Position numbers and translations under genes: made by a program
Shown here: positions 12,721 to 25,843 of the stretch, piece by piece
Layout of the letters: each line of letters begins with the position of its first letter
Numbering within the stretch: the stretch's first letter is position 1
Notes under the pieces: generated by a model
Told to the model about the DNA's origin: nothing
Seen by the model: the letters and a program-made list of their open reading frames with translations, nothing else
The model's database searches: none
NCBI GenBank assembly: GCA_013265495.1
Contig: MU058844.1
Location: 5,186,344 to 5,250,343, forward strand
Source of the DNA: Vicugna vicugna
Taxonomy: Eukaryota
DNA: 64,000 nucleotides
Direction: 5' to 3'

Positions 12721-14739
12721 AACTGCCGAAGAGAAAATAGATAATATTTTAAGGAGTATGTAAAAGTTAATACAGTAATTAAAAATGAAGGGAAAATTAT
12801 TGTAGCACAAAATGATAGCTTTTATAATTGTAAGGAATGAAGTATAGTCATAAACTTGATCAGGATTATGATATTTAGAGAAAACATTTTTAAAAATCTG
12901 TGCTTCATTGACAGCTATAATTTCTATATACCACAATGTCTGTAAATGCAACTTTTATTTATATGAATTCCTTTCTCTAGTTTTTCTAATGTTCATTTAT
13001 TTAGATTAGTGATTTTCAAAATATAAATAAAAGTAGCATCGCTTTATATTTACAGTGTGACACTGAAATACCCTCAGATAATTAAAGAACTAAGAAATTT
13101 AAAAATTGTTTCACAAAAACATGCATGTTTGAGTATTCTGCATACTAAACTCTTCACACGCAAATTAGGGCTGCTGAATTATACTAGCACATCTTCCTTC
13201 TTACAAAGACTGGAAATACTTAGACACTCCTTAGGGCAGTATTGGATTCTACTTTATAATCATTGTAAGAGGATAGGATGTAAACATGAAACTTCTCCCT
13301 CAACTGTTAGTTAATCATTACAACCTTTTAATTTGCCTTCAGGGTCGAAATCCTTCCTTATAAAGGCTAAGGTCATCTCTAAGTCTCAGCGCTCAATAGT
13401 CAGTGATGGATAAAAAGTGACTAAGGTAAAACAAATTCAACATAACACGTTTACCTTATTCTAAAATGTCTTAACATATTTAGAAATCTCCATTTTCTTT
13501 CCCTCCTGCCCCAACCAACTGACTGTGTTCTGTGTTTTAAAATATAGGTTCATGTGGAGTGGGAGAGAGAGGGAGAGAAAGAGAGAGAAAGAGAGAATCT
13601 CTGTCATTTCTCAGTGGTTAAGAGAGGACAGGCATCAGCTATAGCAATTTAGAGGACTAAAAACATGTTTCATTATGTTGGATAGCCGGGATATTCAGTA
13701 TGATGGAAAGCTTAGGAACCACAGTGTTTAGGCTCTTCCATTAAGAAGAGAAAATGATGACACTAAACTCTGAACCTGGACCTGACATCTTCATCGTTGA
13801 TTTACAGTAACGTCTGTGGAGGGGAAGGTCACTGTGCTGAATAAGCCGCTAATGTGGCTCAGGGAGAAGGTCATTTGTGTACACTGTAACTTCTCATCAT
13901 TTTAGGAGCATAGAGAAATTTAGAAACCAGAACTTGACATTTAAAGAGAATTATTACAGTGCTAAAGAGTTCAAAGTGTTTATTCTTGATACTTGGAAAA
14001 TAAAGTGCCTCTTGCTCTGAAGTTTTCAAACAAGATTGCTGTACTAAAGTTTCATCGGCATTTAGTCAAAACTACTCATTTGGAGGCTGAGGGAGGCTGA
14101 GGCTAGATAACTGAATTTTAAGAGATTACCCTCCTTAGGCCTTTTGTAACAAAGGTAAATGAAAGTAGAATGTTATAACCAGACAGAACTCAAGTGTTTT
14201 CTTCTAAAATTTTTCTCTTCAGCATGTCAAACATAAATAGCATTTATTGTTCCATTCCATTGCTTTCATTATATTGGTGATAGACTTCTAACTTCTCAGG
14301 AGACTCTCAGTCTAGAGTTCTGTAAGCACACACACACCCCCAACACCATGTTTAAGTTAAGACTAAGTTTTCTCACCAGAGTATATGTAGTCATTTGCAG
14401 CAGCTTTCTGGCTACAGATTTCAGCATAAAAATCAAAAGGTAATGAAAAGGCAAAGATAGTAACGGAAAAAGAAATAAAGAAATGATGGGAAGATCTGTA
14501 CTTTTCCTCTTTTTGGTATTTGTCTTAATTTGACTTTTATCATAGGATTATTAATGAGACTTTATTTTTTCCTGTTATTCTTTTACATAATTTTTTTCCT
14601 CAAGTAAATTTTATGGTTTCTGGTTGACTGTAGCCCACAATATTCCCTAATTATTAGATATATCATGTTTTGTTCATATAAAAACACATATTATAGATTA
14701 TATTCTGAGTTGTACCATATCAATACCTATGGATTGAAT

Positions 14740-15325
14740 AAGCATTATTATTTCTTCAAAATGTCGTGGGGCACAACTTGTAAATGTATTTGTGAAAAAA
14801 AATGCTGAAAGTAGAAAGGCTGACTCAAAGGGTGTGATCTTTTAAAATTTTTATAGATATTGTCAAGTTGTATTCCAAGTTCTGCTCATTTCTTTTTATC
14901 ACTGTGTAATATTTCATTGTTTGGATGTACCATAGTTAATTTATACATTCACCTACTGAAGGACATCTTCATGTGTCTAAGTTTTGGCAATTAGGAATAA
15001 AGCTGCTATAAACATATGTGCAAAAATTTTGAGGTGACCTAAGTTTTAACTCCTTTGGGTAAATAATAAGGATTGGGGTTGCTGGATTGTATGGTAAAAG
15101 TTTTGTAACAAATGGCCAAACCATCTTCCAAAATACCTATACCATTTTGCATTCCCACCAGCAGTGAATGATAGTTCCCATTGTTCAATATCCTTGCCTT
15201 TGGTGTCAGAGTTCTGGATTTTGGTCATGCTAAGAGATATGCATTGATATCTCATTGTTCCTTAAGTTTCTATTTCCTTGATGACATGTGATGTGGAGCG
15301 TCTTTTCATATGCTTATTTGGGTTT
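14740..15325 (-). mobile_element. Old L1M ORF2-end fragment(s)
   Basis: ttttgcattcccaccagcagtgaatga, gaataaagctgctataaacat and gatgtggagcgtcttttcatatgcttatttg match the L1 3' ORF2 region. Confidence 0.75.
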
Positions 15326-15869
15326 CTATTTTCAAGGAGGAAGAGGCAAACAGATTGTTGGTTAAGTAAACAGAGTCAGCCATACTTAATCTAGAGAGAT
15401 GATATATTTAAATTATTGAGTCTTTCTGTTCAAAATCAACATATGGCATTCTGTTTATTCATTCTTATATAATCTAGTAGGATTTTTTGTTTGTTTTCTT
15501 CACATGGAATTTGCACATTTGGTGCATTTTTTTCCCTAGAGATTTATCTTTTTGAGTTGCTATTTTTGAATGAGCTCTTTTCTTCCTTTTAGTTTTCCAA
15601 GTTATTAAAAAAAAGTTTAAAAAATGTTTCTCTAGATAGATAGATATAGATATATATGTGTATATGAATATATACATTGATATACACATTCAAACATACA
15701 CATATGTGTATTAAAAATATATATATAATAAATATTATATACATTTTAGTGTAATCAATCAAGAAGTTAAGGAAATTTTATTGTCTGTAACATTCTTTTC
15801 CATTGACTACACATGTTTCTAGTGTCAACTCTGACACTTTCTAACAAAACATTTGATATGGAAAACCTG

Positions 15870-16050
15870 ATTTTAAATGTAAGCTTGTCTGGCTTTGAAT
15901 TCTAGCTTCACAATTCACTAAGTGCTTGGCCTTCGGCAGGTTACTAAACCTCTTTGTGACTCAGTTTCCCCATAAATAAAACAGTATGATAATAGCATCT
16001 ACCTAAGGAGAGAATTGTTAGGAAAGGGGATAGCTATGAAAATTAATCCT
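15870..16050 (+). mobile_element. MIR SINE fragment
   Basis: MIR core: ggcaggttactaaacctctttgtgactcagtttcccc...ataatagcatctacct. Confidence 0.7.
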
Positions 16051-18017
16051 CACAAAACTAGTACACAGTGTCAAATGATTTTAATTTTCTCTATTAGAAA
16101 TAATACTAATCCTTTGTCATTTTCTTAATAGATCTTTCTCAGTTTTTAAGACTCATGAAAGGTATAACATATAAATAGACTGAAATAATTATAAGAAGAT
16201 ATATTCCTGTTGATTATAATTGAATGCAATAATTGCTAAAAGTGGGTATTAGCCTAGTGCTATTGAAGGCTGAAGAAAGGATTAGTTCACTTTTGGAGGA
16301 TCGGAAAACACTAGATAAAATCTGTGCCATTTGAGATACCACTTTAAAAAGAAGGTAGATTTAAACAAAATAGGTCAAGCTGTAAGTTCTCTACTTTCTT
16401 CTTTTCTTCAGCTTAAAGTAAAAGTGCAATCTTATGAAAAATCTGAAAAGGTGATTGAGAAGAAATCCTAGTCCTCCACTTAATAATGGATATGAAACTC
16501 CTAAAGTTGTCTAATCTTCTCTGCTTAAAATATAAATTGATGTGCTTAAGGTTTAAATGCTGGACATTGAATTTTGAAACAGAAATTTTGAAATACTTTA
16601 CATATAGCATGCCAGACGTTTCTATTCTATTTACAAAGAGCTTATAATGGGAGCTTTCACTAAATGAGAGAAAAAAGACTGCTTCATCAAGGTCTCTAGA
16701 TCAAGCAGTAGTATAAGCTGAGAGGTTTTCAGGCTGAAATTGTGTTGAAAAGACAACATTTCATGCTAGTAACAGCTGAGTGAAAAACAAAATAAGACCA
16801 ACAAAACAAATTGACTCCACATCACAGTGTCCTTCTGCTTGAAGCAATTCTCATACCTGTCCTTTAGAAAGTCAGCCTGGCCAGAAACACTGCAACTGCT
16901 GCTGGGCTTGGGCCAGCAATTTATGGGATGTCTTAAAATGTTTTATTTGTTTGTTTAATAATCTCGAGGCTATATTCCAAGAACAGAAACCCACTAAAAA
17001 AGTGTCAGTCAGGCTATGAGAGACCATTTCCACTCTGTGGAAAGTATTATTTCAAAAGGCCCTTATAAAAAGGGAAATAGAAACAAAATACAAAGGCAAG
17101 ATGAGAGGGGGAAAAAAAGAGGATATTGCAAAACTTTTGCTTTTAAAATATCAATTGAAATAGAAGAAAAGATAGTATCACTACTGTTCTTTTCATATCT
17201 ATAAAACATTGCTATTTTTCATGTCTGTGATACATGTCAGTAAAATAAAACAAAATAGAAAAATAAAAATCTTGGACTTTTTAGAATCCTAAGAAGTTAA
17301 AAAAGTAAAATGAAAACCTGTCTAGTCTCTGCAAGGAGGTTTTTATTGAAAGGCTATAACGTGGATATCACATAGTATCAGAAATTCTCATGGTTATTTC
17401 TTTTTAGTCATTTTATCAAAATTTACCAGAAACTAATGTCAGCAAAACTATTCACCAGCAGAATCCACCACTGAATGGGGCACAACATAATACAAAACCC
17501 CCCAAACCATGGACACTATAAAAAAAATAGATTACCAAGCAAACAGAGAGGGTGAGTAGGATTTGTTTTCAAATCCTACCTCTAGCCATGAAAATGTTTT
17601 AGGATGGACACAAGTGTGAGGGTTCTATTAATGTCACTAAACATGGTAATATCTACACATAAAGATAAAAGATTTCTTCCACTTAATTGTTTTTCTATTA
17701 AATTTCAATTGTAAAAATAATGCATGTCTTTTCAAACAAAAAAAGTAACAATTTTTCCATAAGAAAAACAACAATTAGATGAAAGTAAATGTTGCCAGAT
17801 CTTAATGATAGTAAATTCTGGATCATGTAAATTCATATTCATAATGGTTTTTGGGTCTTGGGAATTATCAGTTTTGTGTTTGTATCTTATATGTTTATTA
17901 AGTTTAAAATATTTTAATGTGTATATATAATAAATTGATTTGAGATATTCCTAGCAATGAAACAATGTTCATAATTACTGATTATTATGGTAAAATATTT
18001 TTTAATAATTTGTGATT

Positions 18018-18034
18018 TGCTGTTATAATTTTCT
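18018..18034. repeat. L1 target-site duplication, left copy TGCTGTTATAATTTTCT
   Basis: Identical 17-mer at 22375-22391. Confidence 0.95.
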
Positions 18035-21000
18035 TTTTTTTTACATTTTTTATTGATTTATAATCATTCTACAATGTTGTGTAAAATCCCAGTGTTCAGC
18101 ACAATTTTTCAGTCATTCATGGACATATACACACTCATTGTCACATTTTTTCTCTGTGATTTATCATAACATTTTGTGTATATTTTCCTGTGCTATACAG
18201 TGTAATCTTGTTTATCTATTCTACAATTTTAAAATCCCAGTCTATCCCTTCCCACCCTCTACCCCCCTGGTAACCACAAGTCTGTATTCTCTGTCCATGA
18301 GTCTATTTCTGTCCTGTATTTATGCTTTGTTTTTGTTTGTTTGTTTTTGTTTTTGTTTTTTAGATTCCACATATGAGCGATCTCATATGGTATTTTTCTT
18401 TCTCTTTCTGGCTTACTTCACTTAGAATGACATTCTCTAGGAGCATCCATGTTGCTGCAAATGGCATTATGTTGTCGGTTTTTATGGCTGAGTAGTATTC
18501 CATTGTATAAATATACCACCTCTTCTTTATCCAGTCACCTGTTGATGGACATTTAGGCTGTTTCCATGTTTTGGCTATTGTAAATAGTGCTGCTATGAAC
18601 ATTGGGGTGCAGGTGTCATCCTGAAGTAGATTTCCTTCTGGGTACAAGCCCAGGAGTGGGATTCCTGGGTCATATGGTAAGTCTATTCCTAGTCTTTTGA
18701 GGAATCTCCACACTGTTTTCCACAGTGGCTGCACCAAACTGCATTCCCACCAGCAGTGTAGGAGGGTTCCCCTTTCTCCACAGCCTCTCCAGCATTTGTC
18801 ATTTGTGGATTTTTGAATGACGGCCATTCTGACTGGTGTGAGGTGATACCTCATTGTAGTTTTGATTTGCATTTCTCTGATAATTAGTGATATTGAGCAT
18901 TTTTTCATGTGCTTTTTGATCATTTGTATGTCTTCCTTGGAGAATTGCTTGTTTAGGTCTTCTGCCCATTTTTGGATTGGGTTGTTTATTTTTTTCTTAT
19001 TGAGTCGTATGAGCTGCTTATATATTTTGGAGATCAAGCCTTTGTCGGTTTCACTTGCAAAAATTTTCTCCCATTCCGTAGGTTTTCTTCTTGTTTTATT
19101 TCTGGTTTCCTTTGCTCTGCAGAAGCTTGTAAGTTTCATTAGGTCCCATTTGTTTATTCTTGCTTTTATTTCTTCTAGGAGAAAATTTTTGAAATGTATG
19201 TCAGATAATGTTTTGCCTATGTTTTCCTCTAGGAGGTTTATTGTATCTTGTCTTATGTTTAAGTCTTTAATCCATTTTGAGTTGATTTTTGTATATGGTG
19301 TAAGGGTGTGTTCTAGCTTCATTGTTTTACATGCTGCTGTCCAGTTTTCCCAACACCATTTGCTGAAGAGACTGTCTTTATTCCATTGTATATTCTTGCC
19401 TCCTTTGTCGAAGATGAGTTGACCAAAAGTTTGTGGGTTCATTTCTGGGCTCTCTATTCTGTTCCATTGGTCTATATGTCTGTTTTGGTACCAATACCAT
19501 GCTGTCTTGATGACTGTAGCTCTATAGTATTGTCTGAAGTCTGGGAGAGTTATTCCTCCAGCCTCTTTCTTTCTCTTCAGTAATGCTTTAGCAATTCTAG
19601 GTCTTTGATGGTTCCATATAAATTTTATTATGATTTGTTCTAGTTCTGTGAAATATGTCCTGGGTAATTGGATAGGGATTGCATTAAATCTGTAGATTGC
19701 CTTGGGCAGTGTGACCATTTTAACAATATTGATTCTTCCAATCCAAGAGCATGGAATATCTTTCCATTTTTTAAAGTCTTCTTTAATTTCCTTCATCAAT
19801 GGTTTATAGTTTTCTGTGTATAATTCTTTCACCTCCTTGGTTAGATTTATTCCCAGATATTTTATTACTTTGGGTGCTATTTTAAAGGGGATTGTTTCTT
19901 TACTTTCTTTTTCTGTTGATTTATCGTTAGTGTAAAGAAAGGCAACTGATTTTTGAACATTAATTTTGTAACCTGCTACCTTGCTGAATTCTTCGATCAG
20001 CTCTAGTAGCTTTTTTGTGGACCTTTTAGGGTTTTCTATATATAGTAACATGTCGTCAGCATATAATGACACTTTTACCTCTTCTTTTCCAATTTGGATC
20101 CCTTTTATTTCTTTCTCTTGCCTGATTGCTGTGGCTAGGACTTCCAGGACTATATTGAATAGGAGTGGTGATAGTGGGCATCCTTGTCTTGTCCCAGATT
20201 TTAGTGGGAAGCTTTTGAGTTTTTCACCGTTGAGAACTATGCTGGCTATAGGTTTGTCATATATAGCTTTTATTATGTTGAGATATGTTCCCTCTATACC
20301 CACTTTGGCGAGAGTTTTTATCATAAATGGGTGTTGAATTTTATCAAATGCTTTTTCTGCATCGATTGAGATGATCATGTGGTTTTTGTCCTTTCTCTTG
20401 TTGATGTGATGTATTACATTGATTGATTTGCGTATGTTGAACCAGCCTTGTGTCCCTGGGATGAACCCCACTTGGTCATGATGTATAATCTTTTTTATGT
20501 GTTGTTGGATTCTATTTGCTAAAATTTTGGTGAGGATTTTGGCGTCTATGTTCATCAGTGATATTGGCCTATAATTCTCTTTTTTTGTAGTGTCTTTGCC
20601 TGGTTTTGGTATCAGGGTGATGGTGGCTTCATAGAATGAGTTTGGGAGTATTCCCTCCTTTTCAATCGTCTGGAAGAGTTTGAGAAGGACTGGTATGAGT
20701 TCTTCTTTGTATGTTTGGTAGAATTCCCCGGTGAAGCCGTCCGGTCCTGGACTTTTATTTGTAGGGAGGTTTTTAATTGCTATTTCTATTTCCTTTCTAG
20801 TGATCGGATTGTTCAAGTGTTCAGTTTCTTCTTGATTCAGTTTTGGTGGACAGTATGTTTCCAGAAACTTGTCCATCTCCTCTAGGTTATCCAGTTTGGT
20901 TCCATATAGTTTTTCATAATATTCTCGTATGATATTCTGTATTTCTATTTTGTTTGTTGTAATTTCTCCATTTTCCTTTCTTATTTTGCTAATTTGTGCT

Positions 21001-22374
21001 CTCTCTTTTTTCTTCTTTGTGAGTTTGGCCAGAGGTTTGTCGATTTTATTTACTTTTTCAAAAAACCAGCTTTTGGTTTGGTTGATTTTTTCTATGGTCT
21101 TGTTAATCTCTATTGTATTTAATTCCTCTCTGATCTTTATTATTTCCTTCCTTCTGCTGCTTTTTGGGGCTTTTTGTTCTTCTTTTTCTAATTGATTCAG
21201 GTGGTGGGTTAACTTGTTTATTTGAGATTGTTCTTCTTTTTTGAGGAAGGCCTGTATCGCTATAAACTTCCCTCTTAGCACTGCCTTTGCTGTGTCCCAT
21301 AGGTTTTGAGTGGTTGTGCTTTCATTATCATTTGTCTCAAGGTATTTTTTAATTTCAGCTTTGATTTCCTCATTGATCCATTGTTTTTTCAATAACATAT
21401 TGTTTAATCTCCATGCTTTTCTTTTTTTCTCCTTTGTTTCTCTGTTGTTGATTTCCAGTTTCATGGCATTGTGGTCAGTAAAGATGCTTGAGATAATTTC
21501 TATCTTCTTAAATTTGTTGAGGTTTCTTTTGTGTCCAAGTACATGATCGATCCTGGAAAATGTTCCATGTGCACTTGAAAAGAATGTATATTCTATTTTT
21601 TGGGGGTGTAATGCTCTGAAAATATCCACCAAATCTAGTTTTTCTATTGTAGTATTTAATTTCTCTGTTGCCTTGTTTATTTTCTGTCTGGAAGATCTGT
21701 CTAGTGATGTTAATGCAGTGTTAAAATCTCCAACTATGATTGTATTCCCATCAATATCCCCCTTTATCTCTGTTAGTAATTCTTGTATGTACTTAGGTGC
21801 TCCTATATTGGGTGCATATATATTAACGAGTGTAATATCTTCATCTTGTATCACTCCTTTAATCATTATAAAATGTCCTTCTTTATCTTTCTTTATGGCC
21901 TTTGTTTTAAAGTCTATTTTGTCTGAAATCAGTACTGCAACACCTGCTTTTTTGGCTTTTCCATTTGCATGGAATATCCTTTTCCATCCTTTCACTCTCA
22001 ATCTATATGTGTCCTTCTCCCTAAAGTGGGTCTCTTGTATGCAGCATATTGAAGGTTCTTGCTTTATTATCCAGTCTGCCACTCTATGTCTTTTGACTGG
22101 AGCATTTAGTCCATTAACATTTACAGTAATTAATGATAGATGTGTGTTTATTGCCATTTTGAACTTATCTTTGCAGTTGAATTGGTATATCCTCTTTGTT
22201 CCTTTCTTCTTCCTTTTGTGGTTTGGTAATTTTCCTTTGTATTATCATGGATTTTATTTAATTTTTGTGACTCCCTTGTAAATTTTTGACTTGTGGTTAC
22301 CCTTTTTTGTAAATCTATTAACCCATTACTATAACTGTTTTTATTAAACTGATAGTAACATGATCTCAAACCCA
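18035..22374 (-). mobile_element. Young 5'-truncated LINE-1 (about 4.34 kb): partial inter-ORF spacer, complete ORF2, 3' UTR, short poly(A)
   Basis: Perfect 17-bp TSD; endonuclease-like site TT|AGAAAA on the minus strand; AATAAA and short A tail at 18035-18054; G-rich tract in the 3' UTR (18246-18267); unbroken ORF2. No ORF1 or 5' UTR. Confidence 0.97.
18360..22157 (-). CDS. LINE-1 ORF2p (APE-like endonuclease, reverse transcriptase, C-terminal CCHC region), 1265 aa
   Basis: EN motifs NVNG, IQET, NIYAP, GDFN, RIDH, TDH; RT motifs PGPDGF, YRPISL, QGCPLSP, YADD, KYLG; C-terminal [18 protein letters not shown]. No stops or frameshifts. Confidence 0.97.
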   Translation of the reverse strand: MAINTHLSLITVNVNGLNAPVKRHRVADWIIKQEPSICCIQETHFREKDTYRLRVKGWKRIFHANGKAKKAGVAVLISDKIDFKTKAIKKDKEGHFIMIKGVIQDEDITLVNIYAPNIGAPKYIQELLTEIKGDIDGNTIIVGDFNTALTSLDRSSRQKINKATEKLNTTIEKLDLVDIFRALHPQKIEYTFFSSAHGTFSRIDHVLGHKRNLNKFKKIEIISSIFTDHNAMKLEINNRETKEKKRKAWRLNNMLLKKQWINEEIKAEIKKYLETNDNESTTTQNLWDTAKAVLRGKFIAIQAFLKKEEQSQINKLTHHLNQLEKEEQKAPKSSRRKEIIKIREELNTIEINKTIEKINQTKSWFFEKVNKIDKPLAKLTKKKKERAQISKIRKENGEITTNKIEIQNIIREYYEKLYGTKLDNLEEMDKFLETYCPPKLNQEETEHLNNPITRKEIEIAIKNLPTNKSPGPDGFTGEFYQTYKEELIPVLLKLFQTIEKEGILPNSFYEATITLIPKPGKDTTKKENYRPISLMNIDAKILTKILANRIQQHIKKIIHHDQVGFIPGTQGWFNIRKSINVIHHINKRKDKNHMIISIDAEKAFDKIQHPFMIKTLAKVGIEGTYLNIIKAIYDKPIASIVLNGEKLKSFPLKSGTRQGCPLSPLLFNIVLEVLATAIRQEKEIKGIQIGKEEVKVSLYADDMLLYIENPKRSTKKLLELIEEFSKVAGYKINVQKSVAFLYTNDKSTEKESKETIPFKIAPKVIKYLGINLTKEVKELYTENYKPLMKEIKEDFKKWKDIPCSWIGRINIVKMVTLPKAIYRFNAIPIQLPRTYFTELEQIIIKFIWNHQRPRIAKALLKRKKEAGGITLPDFRQYYRATVIKTAWYWYQNRHIDQWNRIESPEMNPQTFGQLIFDKGGKNIQWNKDSLFSKWCWENWTAACKTMKLEHTLTPYTKINSKWIKDLNIRQDTINLLEENIGKTLSDIHFKNFLLEEIKARINKWDLMKLTSFCRAKETRNKTRRKPTEWEKIFASETDKGLISKIYKQLIRLNKKKINNPIQKWAEDLNKQFSKEDIQMIKKHMKKCSISLIIREMQIKTTMRYHLTPVRMAVIQKSTNDKCWRGCGERGTLLHCWWECSLVQPLWKTVWRFLKRLGIDLPYDPGIPLLGLYPEGNLLQDDTCTPMFIAALFTIAKTWKQPKCPSTGDWIKKRWYIYTMEYYSAIKTDNIMPFAATWMLLENVILSEVSQKEKEKYHMRSLICGI

Positions 22375-22391
22375 TGCTGTTATAATTTTCT
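22375..22391. repeat. L1 target-site duplication, right copy
   Basis: TGCTGTTATAATTTTCT followed by AA, identical to 18018-18034. Confidence 0.95.
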
Positions 22392-24039
22392 AATGCCTTC
22401 AGCCACAAGTTTGCAAATATACTTGTGCATCTCTGGTGTCCTGTGAAGTAGAGGGTCACAGCACAAGCCTATTACTTCAACCTCATATTTCCTTAAAATA
22501 CCAAGAAACATAGTAATTATTATTTTCTGAGCATGCCTAAATATACTATTCCACAATTATTATTAACATACTAGACCATATGCAAAGAAAGATAACTCAT
22601 TAGTTCTGATTTGTAGCATGGCAGTGGGAAATGTTTTAGTCAAATAAGGAAGTATAATCCATTAAAATAATTCAAGTCATACATTTCTGTATAATTATTT
22701 AAAGAATAATTTTGTTTTTTTATTTCCCCAATTCCTTTAGAAAAAGTATGGAAGAATCAGGGACTTTTATTCCTTTATGATGATGGAAGTAAGGGGGAGA
22801 CCCTTTGGTGGAATCAGTCTTTCTCTTTTCTGTTTGTGACTTCTCTTTTGAATGTCAGAAGCTGTTATTCTTCTTTTCTCTTTGCTTTCATACTCCAGTG
22901 AGCTTTATCCCTTTAGAGCAAATAGGTTTTGGCTAAATGTGTGATATATCAGTATATGGAAATGCATTTTTTTTTCAAATTTGACATATATATTGCTTTA
23001 TACTTTTTAAAGGAGCTTTCATCTGATGATTTAACTTGAGTATGCTATCAGTATGCAAAAATAGCCATAACACTAAGGAGCTGAGCCAGAGGTAAATGAA
23101 TGTTATCTAAGCACCCATTAATTGATGGGGTGCTTCTACATTAAGAGCTAAATTGAAAATATACCAAACGAGCAAAAAAAAAAGTGGACAAAACTTACAG
23201 TCTTATAACTACAATGATAAAGTATACTGATAATTTACGTACAATAAATTACGTACTTATAGTGGTGAGAAAATAAACCAGCATTATGAAAAAAAAAACT
23301 GCATTCATTATAGATTTATAATATCTAAGAATATATTGCCTCAAATTTATCTTTAGTCTCTTAGGGATATTAATCTCAAATTTTGTAAATTTCAAAATAT
23401 GTGATGCATGTTTTAGCATTTGTTCATTTCACAAAATGTTAATGTTGAACACTAATATGCTATGCTTAAAGATGAAGGTTTTAAAAGAAATGCTTTATCT
23501 GTAGGGGTGAATCTTAAGAACTTTAAATGAAGACATGCTGAATGTATTTTAAAATAAAAATTTGTAATAATCAGAAAAATTTTAATTGAAAACAGATTTT
23601 CTGTTTTTTCAAACATTGAAAATTTCAATTTAAAAGTTAAGACCTGGGAAAGATATAATATCAAATTAAGTAAGATAGTATTATTGAGTATTATACTTTA
23701 AGCTGTGGGGAAAAAAATGCTGACATTCCATCTCTAGCGATATAACAAGAGAATAGTTATAAGAGCAGTTGTTATACATGTATTTGTCTTGAAATTTTTG
23801 AAACATTGAGGACTCTTCAGACCCAAGAAACAGGTAGAACTACTCTTCTTGTATAAGCAGTAATGGAGACAGAATTCCTTTGCAATATTAAATGTTTAGA
23901 GAAACATAAAGACTTCCATCAAACTTGACTAATTGCTGCTTCAAACTGAAGATAAGAAGCACAGGCTTAAGTTTTTCAGACAAAGAAATAATGTTTTATA
24001 TATTTATACTTATTATCTTTAAGCTTTTTTTATCTTTAA

Positions 24040-24607
24040 GTTTTTTCTTTAATTGAAGTGTGGTCCATTTACAATGTTATGTCAGTTCCTGGTGTACAGC
24101 ATAATGTTTCAGTCATGCACACACATGTATTCAATTTTGTATTCTTTTTCATTATTGATTACTACAAGATACTGAATACAATTCCCTGTGGTATACAGTA
24201 GAAACTTGTTGTATGTCTATTTTATATGTAGTAGTTAGTATCAGCAAATCTTGAACTCCTAATTTATCCCTACCCACCTCCTTTCCACCCTGGCAACCAT
24301 AAGTTTTTTTTCTAAGTGTACGTGTGAATCCATTACTGTTTTGTAAATAAGGCCATTTATGTCTTTTTTTTTTCCTAATTCCACATATGAGTGATAGCAT
24401 ATGGTATTTTTTTTCTCTTTCTGGCTTACTTCACTTAGAATGATGATCTCCAGATCCATCCATGTTGCAGCAAATGGCATTGTTTTATTCTTTTTTATGG
24501 CTGAGTAGTATTCCATTCTATAAATATACCACAGCTTCTTTATCCAGTCATCTGTCAATGAATATTTAGATTGTTTCCATGTCTCAGCTATTGTAAATAG
24601 TGCTGCT
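24040..24607 (-). mobile_element. Older 5'-truncated L1 (ORF2 C-terminus plus 3' UTR), different 3' UTR from the 18-22 kb copy
   Basis: Translates to [46 protein letters not shown]-rich tail near 24040; similarity stops at gtaaatagtgctgct (24607). Confidence 0.9.
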
Positions 24608-25843
24608 TTCTTCCCTCTCCCTTTCTTTCTTTCTTTGAAGTTTTATATGTATTTGTCTTACTGTCTTACTGTTCTTTCATGTAAAAGTTAATAATTAAAA
24701 AGGTAACAACAAATGAAATTTGAAAGCCAACCAAGTTAATATTGTTGGTGAACTTTGAAAAGTAATAATAGCAAATGCTGTGACAGAATTTAATATCCTC
24801 AGCCCTTATTCTTTAAGCCCTGATGCAAATTTTTTCTTGCAAGTAGGTTGCTAAGCAACAGGCTGAAAATGTTTTTGTTGACCAAATTGAAATTCTCTGT
24901 GGTCTCAAAAAACATAGGCATTTCTCCAATCTTTTTTGAGCTATCATATAGTATTATCAAGCCATGCTTTTAAAGTTACAGTGTTCTGTATAAATGAAAA
25001 TGCTTTATATAATATGCAAATACTTTTCATATATACCTCAAAACTTTTTCCCAGCCAATAATTATTGTGGCAGCACAATCATAGTTAAAATTGTCTAATA
25101 TGTAATTAATTTAGATGGAATTATTAAAATATTATTTTAAATATATGTGGTAAACAATCAGAAATACATTTAAAAAAACTCAATCACATGTTAAGGATAA
25201 TATAGAAATTATATTATTTAATTTGTTTATAAATTATTGTAAAAGTATTATAAAATTATTATAATAGCAATATGTGATTAGCTGAGGAGGGGGAGACTAG
25301 AACCATAAAAAGAAAGATGCCCAAATTCTTCCAGGAGAAATGGAAAAGGAATGATGAGCTGTAACATCACCAGATCGAATGTTTAGGGTTACATATTAGT
25401 GCAGCAGAATCTGGGGAAATTATATTAAAAAATTCACAGTTACATAGATGAACTGTACTTATGCCCTTTGTACTTTCTCAGGAATAAGAAAAGTAACCTA
25501 CATGTTTTCTTTCCTATAATATCTTGGTAAAAAGGACTTTAGTCTATGGGTAAATAAGAAATAAATAAACTTGTCCTTATTTTGCCCACCCTTTGTGAGG
25601 TTCAAGTCATGAAATTTGGCTAAGGGATTTAGCCTTATCTGTTCCTTAACCAATGGTAGATATTATCTTTAATTCCAATTTTTGAATATAATATGTGATT
25701 ATTAGGGTAATGTTTCTTGAAAAAAATGGCTCCCAGAGTTATGTTGAATCACAAGTTCAAGTTTACTTATTTCAGTAAGTAGCATTTCTAAGATTTACTC
25801 CAGAGCCTGTTAAAATGTTTCTTAAATGGAATAAAAAAAATAG

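Noticed and set aside
16387..16471. Strong acceptor followed by LKVKVQSYEKSEK
   Set aside because: Weak donor (GTGATT), stop soon after, peptide not recognised.
18862..22281. Plus-strand ORFs of 65-202 aa (e.g. 18862-19422, 19981-20337, 21673-22281)
   Set aside because: Antisense shadows of L1 ORF2; hydrophobic F/L/I/S-rich translations expected from the A-rich sense strand.
22376..22459. First 28 codons of the listed 103-aa ORF 22148-22459
   Set aside because: Starts at a GTG in flanking DNA outside the L1; only the ATG-initiated part from 22375 is considered.
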